Part shown: positions 27,903 through 39,900 of the stretch, one piece after another
Layout: each line of letters opens with the position of its first letter
Position numbering within the stretch: the stretch's first letter is position 1
Origin: an uncultured delta proteobacterium
GTDB taxonomy: Bacteria > Desulfobacterota > Desulfomonilia > UBA1062
Assembly: GCA_963798485.1 (NCBI GenBank)
Contig: CAWCTR010000017.1
Span: 244,512-308,511, forward strand
Reading direction: 5' to 3'
Length of the DNA: 64,000 bases
Program-made: the position numbers and the translations under genes
The notes under the pieces: model-generated
The model's database searches: none
Seen by the model: the letters and a program-made list of their open reading frames with translations, nothing else
Told to the model about the DNA's origin: nothing

Positions 27903-30833
27903 ATGAATGGTAGCCACCATGAGTTACCACGACTCTATAATGTTCGTATATTCCGGACGAACATCGAATACCTGGAAAAATTTTATCCAGAGATAAATAT
28001 TGATGATGTTCTGGCATTTACAGGTGTTACCAGATCTGAAATTGATGATGATGGATATTGGTGCACACAGGAGCAGGTCGACCGTTATCATAAGAAAATA
28101 GTTCATCTCACAAAAAATCCTAACATCACACGGGAGACAGGAAGATATGTACTATCATCCCGCGCATATAGTACCCTCAGACAATTCATTTTCGGATTCA
28201 TATCTCCATCAATGGCCTACTCCCTCCTGCCTAAGATCCATGCAAAGGTCAGTAAGGGTGCCACAATAAAGGTAAACAATCTAGGACCCAGCAAGGTCGA
28301 GGTTATTGCAAAACCTGCCCCGAATGTTTCAGAAAAACCTTATCAGTGTCTGAATCGCCTTGGCCAATTTGAAGCCCTCAGTGCAATACTGGCTGGAAAT
28401 TATGCAACGGTTGAACACCCTCAATGCTTTCACCAGGGTGATGACGAGTGTCAATACATCATATCGTGGGTTGAACCCCTGTTTTTAAAGATTCGCCGGT
28501 GGAGGAATTATTTCCTTCTCTACGGTATAATAATGTGTTTGATCTTATCATTTTTTCTTTCCCTTCCCGATGATCTATTATTGTTGTTCGCTTTTCTTTT
28601 GCTGATTATTTCTCTTACTAATGTTGCGATACAGTTTGAAAGTAAGGTCTATAAAATGCAGGTTTCAGACCAGGCACGTACGGCTGAGCGCCTGATGCAT
28701 GAAAGCAACATCCGGAGAAATGAGGCAATACTTGTCCAGGAGATTGGACAAGCCATTTCTTCCATTCAACATATCGATACATTTCTTTCAACAATTATGA
28801 GCACTATCGAGCATCGGCTTGAATTTGACAGGGGCATGGTACTCCTTGCGAATAATGAAAAGACCCGCCTGATATATAAAGCCGGATTCGGATTTACCCA
28901 GGAACAAGAGGATATCTTCATTCAAAACTACCTCCACCTCGACCGCCCCGAGTCCAAGGGCCCTTTTGTAATGGCTTTCAGAAGCAAGAAACCTTATTTT
29001 GTGGAGGATATTAGTAAGGTGGCCGATGAACTGTCTGAGAGGAGCCAGGGGCTTCTCCAGTTGTCCGGCACAAATTCTTTCATCTGCGTCCCTATTATTT
29101 TTGAGGGTGAGCCCCTCGGTGTTCTTTCGGTTGATCGCGCCAATACATCTTCCCCGCTTAAACAAAGTGACCTTGATACACTCATGGGTATAGCTCCCCA
29201 GATCGCCATAAGTTTGAATAATGCCAGAATATATGAAATGTTGCAGGAGAGTAAGCAGGAGTACCATAACCTTGTCGAGGGAGCCAACAGTATCATTCTC
29301 AGGCTTGATACGAGAGGCATCATAACCTTTGCAAACAAATATGCTATGGATTTTTATGGATATTCGAGATCCGAAATGATTGGGAGAAATGTTGCGGGTC
29401 TGATCGTGCCTGAGAAAGATAACAAAGGGAGAGACTTTCATGTTCAGATGGAAAAATATTTGAAGAATCCTGAACGTTATATCACCCTGGAAGCCGAGCA
29501 TCTCCTGAAAGACGGAAAGTCTGTATGGGTAAGCTGGAGCAACAAAGCGATCAGGAATAAAGATGGTTACATCACAGAAATCCTCAGTGTAGGCAATGAT
29601 ATTACCTCGCGTAAACAAGCCGAAGAAGAAAAGAGACAGCTTGAAGATCAGTTGGTAAGGGCACAGAAGATGGAGGCCATCGGTGCATTGGCCGGTGGTG
29701 TGGCCCATGACTTGAACAATATTTTAAGCGGTATCACGAGTTATCCCGAACTTCTCCTTATGGAAATCCCGGAGGGAAGCCCCATGAGGAAGGCGGTACT
29801 AACCATCAAGAAATCCGGAGACAAGGCTGCCGCCATTGTCCAGGACCTTCTCACCCTTGCCCGCAGGGGGGTCAATATCTCGAATGTAGTTGATCTGAAT
29901 ACTATAGCAAGAGACTACTTTGAGAGTCCGGAGTTCTCAAAACTCCAGGAATATCATCCTCATACTAATTTTGAGATCAGGCTTGAAGATGAACTCAAGT
30001 ATATACTAGGTTCCGAGATACACCTCGGGAAGACCCTGATGAACCTTGTTTCGAATGCAGCCGAGGCTATGTCCAATGGTGGCACTGTTACGGTGAGCAC
30101 CGGCAACAAGTATCTTGAAAAGCCTCTCAAAGGCTATGATATGGTATCCCAGGGTGAATATGTGGTTCTTACCGTTGCTGATACCGGCATTGGGATTTCA
30201 GAAGATGACTTAAAGAAGATTTTTGAGCCGTTCTTCTCAAAAAAGACAATGGGCAGGAGCGGTACAGGTCTTGGCATGACGGTTGTCTGGTCCACCGTAA
30301 AGGACCACAAAGGTTACATAGACGTAGAGAGCGAGGAGGGCAGGGGAACCAGATTTAACCTCTATTTCCCAGTCACCAGGCACATCCTTAAAGAAAAAAA
30401 CGCTAAGGGATCGATCCAGGATTATTCAGGCACGGAGCATATCCTTGTCGTGGATGATGCCGAGCAACAGCGGGATATCACCAAGAATGTGTTAATGAAG
30501 CTCGGGTACAAGGTGGATATAGCCATGAGCGGTGAAGATGCTGTGGAGTTCATCAAACTGTATGCAGTAGACCTTGTTATACTCGACATGATTATGAACC
30601 CCGGGATAGATGGTTTGGAGACCTATAAAAGGATGCTTGCCGTACGGGGTCTCCAGAAGGCCATTGTCGTAAGTGGTTTCTCTGAGACAGATAGCGTAAG
30701 AGAAGCCCTTAAACTGGGTGTGGGGGCATATATTCGTAAACCCTATGCCTTAAGTGATCTTGCTAAGGCGGTAAGGTCGGAACTCGATAAGACAAAAGAC
30801 ACACTTCCCTGTCCACCAGTATCAATACCATAA
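27903..30833 (+). CDS. Hybrid sensor histidine kinase (V4R-like N-domain, 2 TM, GAF, PAS, HisKA, HATPase, REC)
   Basis: [15 protein letters not shown]4R-like motif; [10 protein letters not shown]; DTGIG/FEPFF/GTGLG; C-terminal receiver. Confidence 0.92.
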   Translation: MNGSHHELPRLYNVRIFRTNIEYLEKFYPEINIDDVLAFTGVTRSEIDDDGYWCTQEQVDRYHKKIVHLTKNPNITRETGRYVLSSRAYSTLRQFIFGFISPSMAYSLLPKIHAKVSKGATIKVNNLGPSKVEVIAKPAPNVSEKPYQCLNRLGQFEALSAILAGNYATVEHPQCFHQGDDECQYIISWVEPLFLKIRRWRNYFLLYGIIMCLILSFFLSLPDDLLLLFAFLLLIISLTNVAIQFESKVYKMQVSDQARTAERLMHESNIRRNEAILVQEIGQAISSIQHIDTFLSTIMSTIEHRLEFDRGMVLLANNEKTRLIYKAGFGFTQEQEDIFIQNYLHLDRPESKGPFVMAFRSKKPYFVEDISKVADELSERSQGLLQLSGTNSFICVPIIFEGEPLGVLSVDRANTSSPLKQSDLDTLMGIAPQIAISLNNARIYEMLQESKQEYHNLVEGANSIILRLDTRGIITFANKYAMDFYGYSRSEMIGRNVAGLIVPEKDNKGRDFHVQMEKYLKNPERYITLEAEHLLKDGKSVWVSWSNKAIRNKDGYITEILSVGNDITSRKQAEEEKRQLEDQLVRAQKMEAIGALAGGVAHDLNNILSGITSYPELLLMEIPEGSPMRKAVLTIKKSGDKAAAIVQDLLTLARRGVNISNVVDLNTIARDYFESPEFSKLQEYHPHTNFEIRLEDELKYILGSEIHLGKTLMNLVSNAAEAMSNGGTVTVSTGNKYLEKPLKGYDMVSQGEYVVLTVADTGIGISEDDLKKIFEPFFSKKTMGRSGTGLGMTVVWSTVKDHKGYIDVESEEGRGTRFNLYFPVTRHILKEKNAKGSIQDYSGTEHILVVDDAEQQRDITKNVLMKLGYKVDIAMSGEDAVEFIKLYAVDLVILDMIMNPGIDGLETYKRMLAVRGLQKAIVVSGFSETDSVREALKLGVGAYIRKPYALSDLAKAVRSELDKTKDTLPCPPVSIP

Positions 30834-30973
30834 AAAAGCTGATCGTCTTTAGTGCCCTTCCTGCTGACCCCAATAATCATCCCTGTTGTGCTTACGAAGT
30901 TTCATGCCGGATACGAAGTGTGATACAAAGTCAGTAATAGATGATCCTTAGAGGAGCTTGATACGACCCTGCC

Positions 30974-31933
30974 ATGGATATATCGATAAGATTCATTCTC
31001 TTCCAGGTATTGATCATCGTCCCCTTTGCCTCCGGCATGGCTGCGAAAAGCCTATGCAGAATACCTGACCTATCAGGTTTTACCAAGAAGCTCATCAGGG
31101 TCAATCTGGTCATTATCGAGCCCACTATCGCCTTGTGGAGCACATGGGGGCTGACCCTCACTCGAGAGCTTATCCTGCTTCCTCTTTCCGGCCTCTTCCT
31201 TGTGATGGCGGGCATGATCTTTGGCAAGGTATTCAAGCGCATTCTCAGCCTTTCTGGAAAAAAGGGAGCAACCTTTCTGATCAGTTCAACACTGGCCAAC
31301 CACGGGTTTACCATGGGGGCCTTTCTGTGTTACCTCCTTATTGGAGAGAAGGGGCTCGGGTTGGCGTTTCTCTTTCTTTCCTATTTCATGCCCTTTATCT
31401 TTCTCGTCATCTTCCCCTATGCCCGCAAACAATCAACAGGAAAACGCCTTGACCTTTCATTTGCTTTTGATTTTTTCCTGAGCCTCCAGAACATGCCGCT
31501 CTTTGCCATTATCCTATCGCTCTTTTTTCTTGCCCTTGGATTTAAAAGGCCTCATATTTCATTCCCCGTTGATATCTTCATCATCATATCCATGGCGCTG
31601 TACTATTTTACCCTTGGGCTCAATTTCGAGTTGCCAGCCTTCTTTGCCTCAGGAAAAGAGAATGCAGCCCTTGCAGCAATAAAATTCTTACTCGTACCGG
31701 CTGTAACGCTCCTCATCCTTAAGACACTCCATCTTAGCCCTGCCATTGAGACAGTAATATTTGTCCAGTCGTTCATGCCTGCTGCCATTTATTCCGTGGT
31801 ATCATCCGTCCTGTTCGATCTGGATGCCGGGTTTGCATCAAATCTGTTTGTGTGGAATTCTATTATATTTCTTGCAGGGATATTGCCTGTGCTCTTTATC
31901 TTCAGGGGCTTTTTCTTAGGGCTCCTGGTCTAA
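30974..31933 (+). CDS. AEC (auxin efflux carrier)-family transporter
   Basis: About 10 TM segments; N.GF.MG and MPAA motifs. Confidence 0.75.
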   Translation: MDISIRFILFQVLIIVPFASGMAAKSLCRIPDLSGFTKKLIRVNLVIIEPTIALWSTWGLTLTRELILLPLSGLFLVMAGMIFGKVFKRILSLSGKKGATFLISSTLANHGFTMGAFLCYLLIGEKGLGLAFLFLSYFMPFIFLVIFPYARKQSTGKRLDLSFAFDFFLSLQNMPLFAIILSLFFLALGFKRPHISFPVDIFIIISMALYYFTLGLNFELPAFFASGKENAALAAIKFLLVPAVTLLILKTLHLSPAIETVIFVQSFMPAAIYSVVSSVLFDLDAGFASNLFVWNSIIFLAGILPVLFIFRGFFLGLLV

Positions 31934-31947
31934 TAGGGGAGGGATTA

Positions 31948-32562
31948 ATGACCATACATGCAGTATTGTTCGACTTTGGCGGGGTGATTGCAGAAGAGGG
32001 GTTCAAAAACGGGATCACGCATATCGCTTCTGTGAATTCATTGGATGCGGCTGAATTCTTTAAAACAGCCCAGGACCTGATTTTCTCTATCGGATACCTA
32101 ACCGGCCATGGCAGCGAGGCCTCTTTATGGGAACGACTAAGAGCGCAAGCAGGGATCAAAGGCAGCGATGAAGAGCTGAAGGCCATCATCCTGGGACGCT
32201 TTATCCTGAGGGACTGGATGATGACACTGGTAAAAAGGTTGAGAGAGGCATCTGTTCGCGTGGCCATCCTGAGCGATCAGACCAACTGGCTTGACGAGCT
32301 TGATTCAAAATTGCATTTCTTCGACCAGTTTGAGCGTGTTTTCAACAGCTTTCATCTGGGCAAGAGCAAGAACGACCCGAGCATCTTCACCGATGTCATT
32401 GCAGTCATGGGCATCAGGCCAAGCGAGACACTTTTTATCGACGATACCCTTGGCCATGTGGAAAGGGCTCGCTCAAAAGGCCTGCATGCCATCCACTATA
32501 CAGGCAAACAACAATTCTTAGACGAAATGAAAAGGTTTTTCCCCGGCATGGTGTTTTTTTGA
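31948..32562 (+). CDS. HAD-superfamily phosphatase (YihX-like)
   Basis: FDFGGV, ILSD, GKSK.DP, FIDD. Confidence 0.88.
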   Translation: MTIHAVLFDFGGVIAEEGFKNGITHIASVNSLDAAEFFKTAQDLIFSIGYLTGHGSEASLWERLRAQAGIKGSDEELKAIILGRFILRDWMMTLVKRLREASVRVAILSDQTNWLDELDSKLHFFDQFERVFNSFHLGKSKNDPSIFTDVIAVMGIRPSETLFIDDTLGHVERARSKGLHAIHYTGKQQFLDEMKRFFPGMVFF

Positions 32563-32659
32563 TTTACCATGGTGACACGCCTTGATTTTTGAGCGGTGAG
32601 AACTTATGTAATCCTATGATATCCGACATAATTTATACGCCAGTACAAACGGAGGAGCT

Positions 32660-34633
32660 ATGGAGCAGGCAGAGCATAAGAAAGAGACACACCAGTTCAA
32701 GGCAGAGGTCGTCAAGGTTCTGAATCTCATCATCAATTCGCTGTATTCGCATCCCGAGATCTTTTTAAGGGAACTCATCTCGAATTCCTCAGATGCTATC
32801 GACAAGATCAGGTTCAAGTCGCAGACCGAACCAGATATCCTTGGCAAAGATACCGAATTCAAGATCAGGATAATCCCTGATATCAAGGCCAGGACCATCA
32901 CCATAGAGGACAATGGGATCGGCATGACGTATGACGAGGTGGTGGAAAACATCGGGACCATTGCCCAGAGCGGCACAAAGGCCTTCCTTGAAGCCATCGA
33001 CGCGATGAAGAAGAAGGAAAGCATCGCGCCCGAGCTCATCGGGCAATTCGGTGTAGGGTTCTACAGCTCATTCATCGTGGCGGAAAAGGTCACCCTCATC
33101 ACGAAGGCGGCGGGCGCTTCGAGCGCTACCCGATGGGAATCCACAGGAGACGGCTCATATACCATCGAAGAGACCACAAAGAAGGGAAGGGGAACATCGG
33201 TCACCCTCAAGCTCAAAGACCTGGGCGAAGACGAGCCCGAGTATACGGACGAATGGACCATCAGGGACGTGGTGAAGCGCCACTCAGACTTCGTGAACTA
33301 CCCCATTGTCATGGATGTGGAGCGCGATGAGCCCATCCCTGATGCCGAGCTCCTCAAGGACAGCGAAGGGCAACCCATAGGTGAGACGACCAGGAAGGTG
33401 AAGCGCGAAGAGATATTGAACTCCATGAAGGCCATCTGGACCAGGAACAAGACCGATATCACAGAAGAGGAGTATACCGAGTTCTACAAGCACATCAGCC
33501 ATGACTGGAATCCGCCCTTGGAGCATATGCACATCAGGTTCGAAGGGACCACCGAATACAATGCCCTGCTGTATATCCCCTCCAAGATTCCATTCGACTT
33601 TACCATACGCGAGCGCAAGCACGGGATCCACCTTTACTGTAAGCGCGTTTTCATCATGGATGACTGCAAGGAGCTCATGCCCGAATACTTCAGCTTCATC
33701 CAGGGTGTGGTGGATGCCCCTGACCTGAACCTCAACATCAGCCGCGAGATCCTCCAGCAGGACAGCCTGGTGAGGAACATCCGCAAGAACCTCATCAAGA
33801 GGCTCTTCGACCTTTTAGAAGGCATGGACAAGGAGAAATATGACCAGTTCTATGCCGAGTTCGGACCTGTCATGAAGATCGGCATCCCCACCGACCACGA
33901 CAACCGGGACAGGATCTCCAAGCTCCTCAGGTATCAGACCACAAACACCGAGGGGAAATATGTCTCGTTGGACGACTATGCGGCCCGCATGCAGCCCGAT
34001 CAGGATGCAATCTATTACATCACAGGCGAGAACGCCGCTACCCTATTGAACAGCCCCCACCTGGAGCGACTTAAGGAAAAGGGCATCGAGGTGGTGCTCA
34101 TGACCGACCCCATTGATGAGTTTGTCGTGCAGGTCTTGAGGGAATTCGACGGTAAGAAATTCATAAGCGCAGAGAAGGGCGACCTCAGCCTCACAGAGGT
34201 GGATGAGAAGAAAAAGCACGAATTCAGCGACTTCTTCGTCTTCCTCAAGGAAGAGCTGAAAGACCGGGTAAGGGACGTGAAGGCATCCACGCACCTGAAG
34301 GACTCCCTTGCCTGCCTGTCCGGGGAGACCTATGACATGAGCCCCTATTTGGAGAAGATCATGAAGGCGAGCGGGCAGAAGACCGAACCTGCCAAGAGGA
34401 TCCTTGAACTCAATATCGACCATCCGGCCGTATCCAACATCAAATTCATGTTCGATAAGAACAGGAAAGACCCTCTCCTGAAGGATTATGCCCGTCTCCT
34501 CTTGGATCTTGCGCTCATATCAGAAGGCTCAAAACTGGATAACCCGGCAAGCTTTTCAAAGACCATCGGCACTATCCTGGCTGAGGCGATCACCGTGGAA
34601 GAGCTCATAGCAGGAGATGCCATAGAGGTCTGA
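32660..34633 (+). CDS. htpG: Molecular chaperone HtpG (Hsp90)
   Basis: [38 protein letters not shown]. Confidence 0.97.
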   Translation: MEQAEHKKETHQFKAEVVKVLNLIINSLYSHPEIFLRELISNSSDAIDKIRFKSQTEPDILGKDTEFKIRIIPDIKARTITIEDNGIGMTYDEVVENIGTIAQSGTKAFLEAIDAMKKKESIAPELIGQFGVGFYSSFIVAEKVTLITKAAGASSATRWESTGDGSYTIEETTKKGRGTSVTLKLKDLGEDEPEYTDEWTIRDVVKRHSDFVNYPIVMDVERDEPIPDAELLKDSEGQPIGETTRKVKREEILNSMKAIWTRNKTDITEEEYTEFYKHISHDWNPPLEHMHIRFEGTTEYNALLYIPSKIPFDFTIRERKHGIHLYCKRVFIMDDCKELMPEYFSFIQGVVDAPDLNLNISREILQQDSLVRNIRKNLIKRLFDLLEGMDKEKYDQFYAEFGPVMKIGIPTDHDNRDRISKLLRYQTTNTEGKYVSLDDYAARMQPDQDAIYYITGENAATLLNSPHLERLKEKGIEVVLMTDPIDEFVVQVLREFDGKKFISAEKGDLSLTEVDEKKKHEFSDFFVFLKEELKDRVRDVKASTHLKDSLACLSGETYDMSPYLEKIMKASGQKTEPAKRILELNIDHPAVSNIKFMFDKNRKDPLLKDYARLLLDLALISEGSKLDNPASFSKTIGTILAEAITVEELIAGDAIEV

Positions 34634-34686
34634 GAGAGAGAAAAGCGAAGGGAGCCTTATAGAAAATTGACTCTGACCCCCGACCC

Positions 34687-35031
34687 CTAAATTTTCCCAA
34701 GACTGATGAGGGTCTCTTTCAGAATTTGTGCCGAACGATGCAGGGACTGCATTTCATCCCCGGAGTGCGGCCCTTCGATGATCTTCTCCACACCACTTCG
34801 GGTAACGATACAGGGGAGGCTCAGACAGACATCCTTAACCCCGTATTCCCCATCCAGCATGGTGGATACGGTCAGCACACCGTGCTGGTTCCGGAGGATA
34901 GCCGAGACGACCTGGACCAGAGCCAGCCCTATGGCAAAGTAGGTTGACCCCTTGTAGTCTATGATATGGTAGGCGGAATTCCTGACTTCGTCCATTATCC
35001 TCGTTCGCCCTTCTTCCCAGTCTTCGCACCT
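34687..35031 (-). pseudogene. ldh: C-terminal fragment of L-lactate dehydrogenase
   Basis: VRNSAYHIIDYKGSTYFAIG...VLTVS.MLDGEYG...LSLP; the NAD-binding domain is missing and there is an in-frame stop just upstream. Confidence 0.8.
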
Positions 35032-35144
35032 ATGTCGATAAAAGGATTGACTCCTTCATGCATTGTCGATACAAATTTCCTATCGGTAAAGTCAGTTCTC
35101 GTGCGTATCCATGATGATATGCCGGAGGGGCCTTGAAATCCAGT

Positions 35145-35981
35145 ATGGTTGATCAGGTATCCATAGGCATTTGCCAAAACTCTTTAACATACGATTTCGA
35201 GCATAACATCAAAAGGGCTGCGGCCATGGCGGATCAGGCGGCAGATATGGGTGCGGACATCGTTGTATTTACCGAGATGTTCTTCACGCCCTATGAGCCA
35301 AAGGCGATTTGCTCTGCTGCGCAATTCAGCCCCCAGGCCCTCGATGACATGAAGGTAAAGGCATCCAGCCGTAAAATTTATATTGTCGCCGGCTCCATGC
35401 CTTGGAAATCGCAGGGAACTCGGTTATACAACCGCGCATATGTACTTGACCCTGAGGGAGAGATTATCTTTCACCATGATAAGATCCACCTTTTTGATTG
35501 TACCACGCCTGGTGGTCCTTTGGTGAAGGAATCAGAGGTGATTATCCCCGGCGGCTCACTTACACATTTTGAAACCCCATGGGGGAATGCATCGGTGATC
35601 ATTTGTTACGACATCAGGTTCACCCCCCTTACCCAACTCCTGGCAGATAAGGAGGTCAGGCTCTTGTTTATACCGGCTGCATTTTCTCAAGCAACAGGTA
35701 ATGCCCACTGGGAGATGCTGGTCAGGATGCGGGCAGTGGAGTTGCAGGCCTTTGTCATTGGGGTGCAGCCGGCATACAACCCGGAACTGAAATATATCCC
35801 CTGGGGCCATTCCATGGTAGCATCCCCTTGGGGAGGGATGCTCCTTGATGCCGGCATCGACGAGACTGTTCAGGTCGTGAAGCTGGATCTTACGGAAATC
35901 GATAGGATCAGGGCACAGTTCCCCTTATGTGCCCATCGCAGGGTTGATCTCTACCAGACTGTATGGAAGGGTGGTTCATGA
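35145..35981 (+). CDS. Carbon-nitrogen hydrolase (Nit/omega-amidase family)
   Basis: E-K-C triad: FTEMF, HDKIHLFD, ICYDIRF; PAAF, WGHS. Confidence 0.88.
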   Translation: MVDQVSIGICQNSLTYDFEHNIKRAAAMADQAADMGADIVVFTEMFFTPYEPKAICSAAQFSPQALDDMKVKASSRKIYIVAGSMPWKSQGTRLYNRAYVLDPEGEIIFHHDKIHLFDCTTPGGPLVKESEVIIPGGSLTHFETPWGNASVIICYDIRFTPLTQLLADKEVRLLFIPAAFSQATGNAHWEMLVRMRAVELQAFVIGVQPAYNPELKYIPWGHSMVASPWGGMLLDAGIDETVQVVKLDLTEIDRIRAQFPLCAHRRVDLYQTVWKGGS

Positions 35982-36727
35982 TAGAGATCCGGTCGCTTTG
36001 CAAGACATTCAAGACACAGAAGGTACTTGATAATCTTGATATCGATATACCCGAAGGGAAAATAACGGTAATCTTGGGTCCCACCGGCACTGGAAAGAGC
36101 GTCCTGCTGAAGCTCATCCTTGGGCTCATGAAACCTGACTCAGGGCAGATCCTCTTTGATGGCAAGGATATTGTTGCCATGAATGAAGAGGAGCTTTCCG
36201 AGATCAGAAAAAAATTCGGTGTATGCTTCCAGGATTCGGCATTATTCGATTCAATGTCCGTGGGAGAGAATGTAGGGTTTCCTTTTGCCATGCATACGAA
36301 ACTTGAGAAAGACAAGATTGCAACCGAGGTGGCCGCATTGCTCAGAGAGGTAGGCCTGGCAGGCATTGAGGCCAAAATGCCAGCCCAGCTCTCAGGCGGC
36401 ATGCGTAAGAGGGTAGGTCTTGCCCGGGCGCTTGCCATGAACCCGCAGGTTTTGCTTTTTGATGAGCCCACTACAGGGCTTGACCCGGTAATGACAAGTG
36501 CCATAAATTCGCTGATCAAGGGGGTCCAGGGCAAGTCGGGTGCAACGAGCCTCGTGATCAGCCATGACATCCATGGTGCCTTTGAAATGGCCGATAACAT
36601 GGCAATTCTCTATGAGGGAAAGGTGGCATTTCATGGGTCGCCGGATGACTTCAATAAAACAAAAGAACCACTTGTAAGACAGTTTGTTGAAGGATTGCTG
36701 GAAGGCCCCATCAATCCGATCCGATAA
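35978..36727 (+). CDS. ABC transporter ATP-binding protein, MlaF/Ttg2A family
   Basis: GPTGTGKS, FQDSALFDSM, LSGGMRKRVGLARA, DEPTTGLDP. Confidence 0.88.
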   Translation: MIEIRSLCKTFKTQKVLDNLDIDIPEGKITVILGPTGTGKSVLLKLILGLMKPDSGQILFDGKDIVAMNEEELSEIRKKFGVCFQDSALFDSMSVGENVGFPFAMHTKLEKDKIATEVAALLREVGLAGIEAKMPAQLSGGMRKRVGLARALAMNPQVLLFDEPTTGLDPVMTSAINSLIKGVQGKSGATSLVISHDIHGAFEMADNMAILYEGKVAFHGSPDDFNKTKEPLVRQFVEGLLEGPINPIR

Positions 36728-36904
36728 GCCGGCTTTCGATATTATCATCTTTCCTCATTTTGATACTTTATTATTCCTTTCATTATCCACTCTACTTTAT
36801 CTTATGGGCATTGGCATTTTTATTGTTTTTCTGCTATCTACTTTCGTTGAACATACGATGTATTATCATATGCTCAACAGTTGAAAAGCACCGGGAGCTG
36901 GAAT

Positions 36905-39900
36905 ATGAAGAAAAAGGATACAACAAGAGAGCCTCTGCGGTTCATCACTGCAACATCGCTTTTTGACGGGCATGACGCGTCCATCAATATCATGCGTCGG
37001 ATCCTGCAAGACAGCGGGGCAGAGGTAATCCACCTGGGCCACAACATGGGTGTTGCCGAGATCGTAAATGCGGCCGTACAGGAAGGGGCACACGGCATTG
37101 CCGTCAGCTCCTACCAGGGCGGCCATCTCGAGTATTTCAAATATCTCATCGATCTCCTCAAAGGGCAGGGATGCAGCTACGTGAAGGTCTTCGGCGGCGG
37201 CGGCGGGGTCATCGTGCCGGATGAAATTAAGGATCTTGAGGCATACGGAGTCGCGAAGATCTATTCGCCCGATGACGGCAAGGTCATGGGCCTCAAGGGT
37301 ATGATTTCGCATATGATGGGAATCGCCGCAGGTGTGCAGATACCGGAGGTGGCCATGGACAATAAGGCCATCCTCGCCAGGGACCCGGTGCTTATGGGCA
37401 GGCTCATCAGTTATGCCGAGCGGGCCAGGTTCTTCAAAGACAAGAGTTTTGAGCCCATGCGTGCCTATCTCAAGGGAATAAAGACTCATAGTCCCGTCGT
37501 GGGCATCACCGGTACCGGCGGATCGGGCAAGAGCTCCATCATTGACGAGCTGCTTCGCAGGGCGCTCTATCACTATCCTGATAAGACCATTGCCGTCATC
37601 TCGGTTGACCCCACGCGCTCACGGAGCGGGGGGGCATTGCTGGGAGACAGGATCCGCATGAACCAGATCGACGACAGCCGGGTATACATGCGCTCCATGG
37701 CTACCCGTGCGTCCAAGGACGAGCTGTCTGAGGCCATCCATGACGCGCTGGATATCGTGAAGGCGGCGGGCTATGACCTTATAATCGTGGAGACCAGCGG
37801 CATCGGCCAGGGTGATACGGCCATTACCACCGTGAGCGACTATTCGCTCTATGTCATGACCTCGGAGTTCGGTGCGCCGTCACAGCTGGAAAAGATCGAC
37901 ATGCTCGATTTTGCGGATATGGTGCTGATCAACAAGTTCGAACAGGAAAAGGCCCTGGATGCGCTCAAGCATGTGAGAAAGCAGTTCATGCGCAATCATG
38001 ATCTGTTTGAGACGGACCCGGAGAATCTGCCCATCTACGGCACAGTGGCCAGTAGGTACAGTGATGCCGGGATGGACAAGGCCTTTGCCCATCTCGTTGA
38101 CACCCTTGTGGAAAAGGGGTTCATCAACTGGCACATGCTGCCCGAGTCCACGGTGGACCAGGAAAAGGCCCACGAGGGCATCGTGCCTTCCGGAAGGCAG
38201 CATTATTTAAGCGAGATAGCCAAGTCCTTAAGGGGATACCATGCCCGCACCAAAGAGGTGAGCGAGAGACTGAGAAGGCTCTATGCCATTGAAGACCTCC
38301 TTCAGGACAAGGCTGACAAACTCACATCGGAAGGGCTACGAAAGTTGCTTTCCCAGGTGAAAAAGGGCATTGCCAAGGACGACCTGGAGCTTATCCATGG
38401 CTGGGAGAAACAGCATGAGCGGTATAAGTCCAAGTCTTACTCATACACGGTAAGGGACAAGAAGATCCACGTATCGCTCACAAAGGAGTCGCTGGCCGGC
38501 CTTGAGATCCCAAAGATAGCCCTGCCTGCATTCACTGACAAGGGCGACCTCTTTGCCTGGCTCAGGAAGGAGAACCTTCCGGGCTTTTTCCCCTATACCG
38601 CCGGTGTGTTCCCCTTCAAACGCGATTGGGAAGACCCCAAGAGGCAGTTCGCAGGCGAAGGCGGACCGGAAAAGACCAACAAGCGGTTCCACTATCTATG
38701 CAGGCACGACGAGGCCAAGCGCTTGAGCACGGCCTTCGACAGCGTGACGCTCTACGGAGAAGACCCCCACGAGAAGCCGGACATCTTCGGCAAGATCGGC
38801 GAGAGCGGGGTGAGCATCTGTACGCTTTCCGACATGAAGAAGCTCTATGCAGGCTTTGACCTCTGCTCGCCTACCACGAGCGTGTCCATGACCATTAACG
38901 GCCCGGCCCCCATCATGACCGCCATGTTCTTCAACACGGCCATAGACCAGCAGGTGGAGGTGTTCAAGAAGGAAAAGGGCAGGGCGCCCAAAGCAGAAGA
39001 GCTCGATGCCATCAGGGACCATGTGCTCAGAACAGTTCGCGGAACGGTCCAGGCCGACATCCTCAAGGAGGACCAGGGTCAGAATACCTGTATTTTTTCC
39101 ACCGAATTTGCCTTGAAGATGATGGGCGATATCCAGACATATTTCATCGAAAAGGGCGTGGAGAACTTCTATTCCGTGAGCATCAGCGGTTACCATATCG
39201 CCGAGGCAGGGGCGAATCCTATCAGTCAGCTGGCCTTTACCCTTGCCAACGGCTTCACCTATGTGGAGTACTACCTGTCGCGCGGTATGAACATAGATGA
39301 CTTTGCCAAGAACTTCTCGTTCTTCTTTTCCAGCGGCATGGACCCTGAGTACAGCGTTCTCGGCAGGGTTGCCCGCAGGATCTGGGCCGTTGCCATGAGG
39401 GACCTCTATGGGGCCGACGAGTCTTCCCAGAGGCTCAAATACCATATCCAGACCTCCGGCAGGTCGCTGCACAGCATGGAGATCCAGTTCAATGACATCC
39501 GTACCACGCTGCAGGCCTTGACCGCCCTGAACGACAACTGCAACTCGCTGCATACCAATGCCTACGACGAGGCCATAACCACGCCCACCGAGGAGTCGGT
39601 GCGCCGTGCCATGGCCATACAGATGATCATCAATCGTGAGTTCGGCCTTTCCATGAACGAGAACCAGCTCCAGGGATCGTTCTTCATGGACTGGCTCACG
39701 GATGCTGTGGAGGAGGCGGTGCTTAAGGAGTTCGATCGCATCAGCGACCGCAAAGGTGTGCTGGGTGCCATGGAGACCCAGTACCAGCGCTCCAAGATCC
39801 AGGATGAGTCGCTCTACTACGAGCACCTCAAGCATTCGGGCAAGATGCCCATCATCGGCGTGAATACCTTTGAAAACCCCAATGCCGATAACCAGAGCGC

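Noticed and set aside
38696-39835. 379-aa antisense ORF inside icmF, and similar long shadow ORFs opposite htpG, ugd and the kinases
   Set aside because: Expected from GC3 codon bias on the opposite strand of well-conserved genes; no recognisable motifs
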